Below, piece after piece: positions 33,377 through 35,249 of a DNA stretch of 35,249 nt. Under the pieces are notes generated by a model. It searched no databases, was not told the DNA's origin, and saw only the letters and a program-made list of their open reading frames with translations. This stretch comes from a bacterium (lineage in GTDB: Bacteria; Patescibacteriota; Saccharimonadia; Saccharimonadales; Saccharimonadaceae). Every line of letters begins with the position of its first letter. Within the stretch, counting starts at the first letter, position 1. The position numbers and the translations under genes were made by a program. Location: contig CAVEGL010000001.1 in NCBI GenBank assembly GCA_963615165.1, forward strand, positions 1-35,249. Reading direction: 5' to 3'.

Positions 33377-33871
33377 TTATTTAATTCGCAAACTCTCGCC
33401 GCGTTCCTCAAGCACCGCAAACCGCGTATCGCCCTTTTCGGCTAATTCTCTCAAAGCATTTTTATCCGCCTCATACCTCACCTTGCGCAATTCCTCCGGC
33501 AAATCCTCCGCCTCCACCAACACTCTTAAAGGTGCAGCCCCGCCGTTCTTCTGGATACTTACGGTGAATATATCGCCCTTAATTTTCGTTTTACCGACCG
33601 CTTTCATTGCAGAGTATAAATTACCCTTAAGCCACTCCGCACGCTTCTTCACCGCCTGCTGACGCTCTCTCAAGCGGGCAATTTCCTCACCCATATTCTC
33701 GGCAGACCGTTCCATATCCTTAATAACCTTTGCATAATTCTCCGCCTTATCATCAATCGCCCCCTCGATACTGTCTAACGTATCGATCAGCGTCTGCTCG
33801 TCCGCATCTTCATCATATAGCAAGCTCAATAACCACGCATAATCATTACTCAACTCATATAAACTATTCAC
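33377..33871 (-). CDS. Siphovirus Gp157 family protein
   Basis: SLYEL...DTLDSIEGAIDDKAENYAKVIK...GESLRIK. Confidence 0.9.
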   Translation of the reverse strand: MNSLYELSNDYAWLLSLLYDEDADEQTLIDTLDSIEGAIDDKAENYAKVIKDMERSAENMGEEIARLRERQQAVKKRAEWLKGNLYSAMKAVGKTKIKGDIFTVSIQKNGGAAPLRVLVEAEDLPEELRKVRYEADKNALRELAEKGDTRFAVLEERGESLRIK

Positions 33872-33906
33872 TTGACACCTCTCCCTTTCTCATGCTATAC
33901 TTTACT

Positions 33907-33962
33907 CGGATATTTTTACTCTATCGCCCTTGTCGGAATGCCCGTTCCGCAGGGCGTTTTTT
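33907..33962 (+). ncRNA. Candidate ~55-nt antisense sRNA in the early operon
   Basis: TTGACA(33872-33877)-18-TGnTATACT(33896-33901); cgccct-cggaa/ttccg-agggcg hairpin + T6. Confidence 0.6.
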
Positions 33963-34106
33963 CGTTTCTGCCTCATTCAGCCGATCACACATCAGCTTGG
34001 CTAATTTCCTGCGCGGCCACGTCCCCAGCGCAAATTCTTTTTCACCGTTACGCCAGCGGACTATGCGCCACATCCCGCTTTCTTCATCGTGCCACGTGCG
34101 CCACAT
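33921..34106 (-). CDS. Hypothetical protein
   Basis: ORF in the early operon. Confidence 0.6.
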   Translation of the reverse strand: MWRTWHDEESGMWRIVRWRNGEKEFALGTWPRRKLAKLMCDRLNEAETKKRPAERAFRQGR

Positions 34107-34298
34107 CTACTTCACCGCCTTTAAAATCCGCGTTATCTTCCGCTTCACTCCCGGCTGACTCTGCGTATAATAATCATTAAAATTTGCTACATCATAGCAA
34201 AACAGCTTCGCCAGCGGGCATTCCGTCGTGATGCACTTTGGATAGTGCTCAGCGCACAGCTTGCCCTTTTTCGCCAGCAGCTCCTCGCTTAGCCCCAT
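34107..34298 (-). CDS. Hypothetical Cys-rich protein
   Basis: GAGGTGGG RBS; early operon. Confidence 0.6.
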   Translation of the reverse strand: MGLSEELLAKKGKLCAEHYPKCITTECPLAKLFCYDVANFNDYYTQSQPGVKRKITRILKAVK

Positions 34299-34407
34299 TC
34301 TTCCCACCTCTTTTTCTCTCGCACCTCGGGCAGACATACGGACCTATCTTGTCGTACTTGTCGCTCACACTCCATACCAGCCCGCATTTAATGCACGTCA
34401 GTTTCAT
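34249..34407 (-). CDS. Small Zn-ribbon protein
   Basis: CIKC...YVCPRC. Confidence 0.6.
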   Translation of the reverse strand: MKLTCIKCGLVWSVSDKYDKIGPYVCPRCERKRGGKNGAKRGAAGEKGQAVR

Positions 34408-34597
34408 TTTGTGCCTCTTCTTTTGTTTGCTGATACCAGCAAACAAACTGGTTAAGAAATTCTTCCTCGGTCATCCCTAATATTTTCTCAGCAAAATCGT
34501 GTATAATCGCCCCCAATTCTTCCGATAAATCGCCACCGGTACCGCGCATACTCACTTGAATATCATCATTTTCCAAAATCTCTGCTTTAATCATCAC
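34388..34597 (-). CDS. Hypothetical protein
   Basis: GAGGAGG RBS; coupled ORF. Confidence 0.65.
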   Translation of the reverse strand: MMIKAEILENDDIQVSMRGTGGDLSEELGAIIHDFAEKILGMTEEEFLNQFVCWYQQTKEEAQNETDVH

Positions 34598-34782
34598 TCT
34601 GCCTCCTCTTTGTTTAACTGTGCCGCGCGTGCCTCAGCCTCCGCCTTGGTTGCGTAACTCGCAAAATCCTCTTCGATATTTCCGCTGTGCATCACTTTCT
34701 GCACATCAAGCAATCTGTAGGCGGAATATTTCTTTTCCTCCGGCATCATCGGATTGCGCTTAACTTTCCACTCGCTTTTCAT
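34594..34782 (-). CDS. Hypothetical phage protein
   Basis: MKSEWKV..N...YRL.D...MHSGN.E...A.LN. Confidence 0.7.
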   Translation of the reverse strand: MKSEWKVKRNPMMPEEKKYSAYRLLDVQKVMHSGNIEEDFASYATKAEAEARAAQLNKEEAE

Positions 34783-35249
34783 CACTCTGCCCCCTTGTAA
34801 AAAATATGTCCGCCTATCCGGCACACTTCCTCGAAATCCTCAGCCCAGCTCGGCGTTACATAGTCCGCGTGGAAATACTCTGCACCGTCAAGGCTTAATA
34901 TCTCATAGTCGAAAACCGCCGCGACAGCTTCTTTCGTGTCTTGGCTGATTTCCCCACCATATGGGTAGGCAAACTGCTTGTCCGCCCAGATGACCTGCTC
35001 GACGCTTTGCCCGCGGTTGATGCAGCGATTATAAATCACCTCTGCTACAGCTGCCTGCCCCTCGAAACTCTCGCCTCGCGCCTCCGCAGCTACTACCCTT
35101 TCAATCATCTCCCGCTCCGCATCGGACAGGATCATCTTCTGCGTGGTCAACTCGACCACATACGGCTTGTCCGATGTCAATCTTACATTTGCAGGCTTAT
35201 CACTCGCCAAAGCGATACCTGCCATCAATCCGCCTGTCGCTGTCACCGC
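34782..35249 (-). CDS. SleB-like cell wall hydrolase (Hydrolase_2); 5' end wraps to position 100
   Basis: VAAEARGESFEGQAAVAEVIYNR...QF...YFHA...IGGHIFY. Confidence 0.9.
   Translation of the reverse strand, partial: AVTATGGLMAGIALASDKPANVRLTSDKPYVVELTTQKMILSDAEREMIERVVAAEARGESFEGQAAVAEVIYNRCINRGQSVEQVIWADKQFAYPYGGEISQDTKEAVAAVFDYEILSLDGAEYFHADYVTPSWAEDFEEVCRIGGHIFYKGAE
35195..35249 (+). repeat. Terminal direct repeat (assembly overlap), copy 2
   Basis: Identical to 1-55. Confidence 0.97.

Larger units (their letters stand above)
1..35249. mobile_element. Complete temperate phage genome (circular/excised form), podovirus-like, probable Clostridia host
   Basis: 55-bp terminal overlap; integrase with attP, immunity, replication, packaging, capsid, tail and lysis modules all present; no host genes. 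Confidence 0.95.

Noticed and set aside
35195..35249. 55-bp terminal repeat as a biological DTR or att site
   Set aside because: It lies inside a CDS and matches a common assembler k-mer length; it reflects circular assembly.
1..35249. Stop-codon recoding
   Set aside because: Core genes are intact and densely packed under the standard bacterial code.

Overview
This window is a complete, circularly assembled temperate phage genome of about 35.2 kb. Bases 1-55 are identical to 35195-35249, and a cell-wall hydrolase gene reads across the join. The attP is intact: integrase, a tRNA-Ser 3' fragment and arm-type repeats. Promoter and RBS style and the gene families point to a Clostridia-like (Bacillota) host. 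Morphogenesis looks podovirus-like: TerS/TerL, P22-like portal, scaffold, capsid, adaptor, nozzle-like tail protein, fibre proteins and ejection-type proteins, with no tape measure. Early genes are cI/cro, Gp157, Bet/RecT, DUF6291 initiator, SSB, RusA and an ArpU/RinA-like late activator. The strongest lead lies in the 2544-aa polyvalent protein. Each of its two predicted RNase-fold domains is followed by a linker whose opposite strand is a complete sigmaA promoter, a 70-85 nt structured RNA and a U-rich end, i.e. RNA genes hidden inside the CDS and paired with toxin-like domains. The genome also has several other promoter-defined small RNAs: a ~370-nt structured RNA in the immunity region, a canonical type I TA, a type I-like module with a soluble peptide, and an anti-SD RNA at the late promoter. 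A RelB-YoeB operon has been inactivated by deletion. All family calls are by eye from motifs; no database searches were run.
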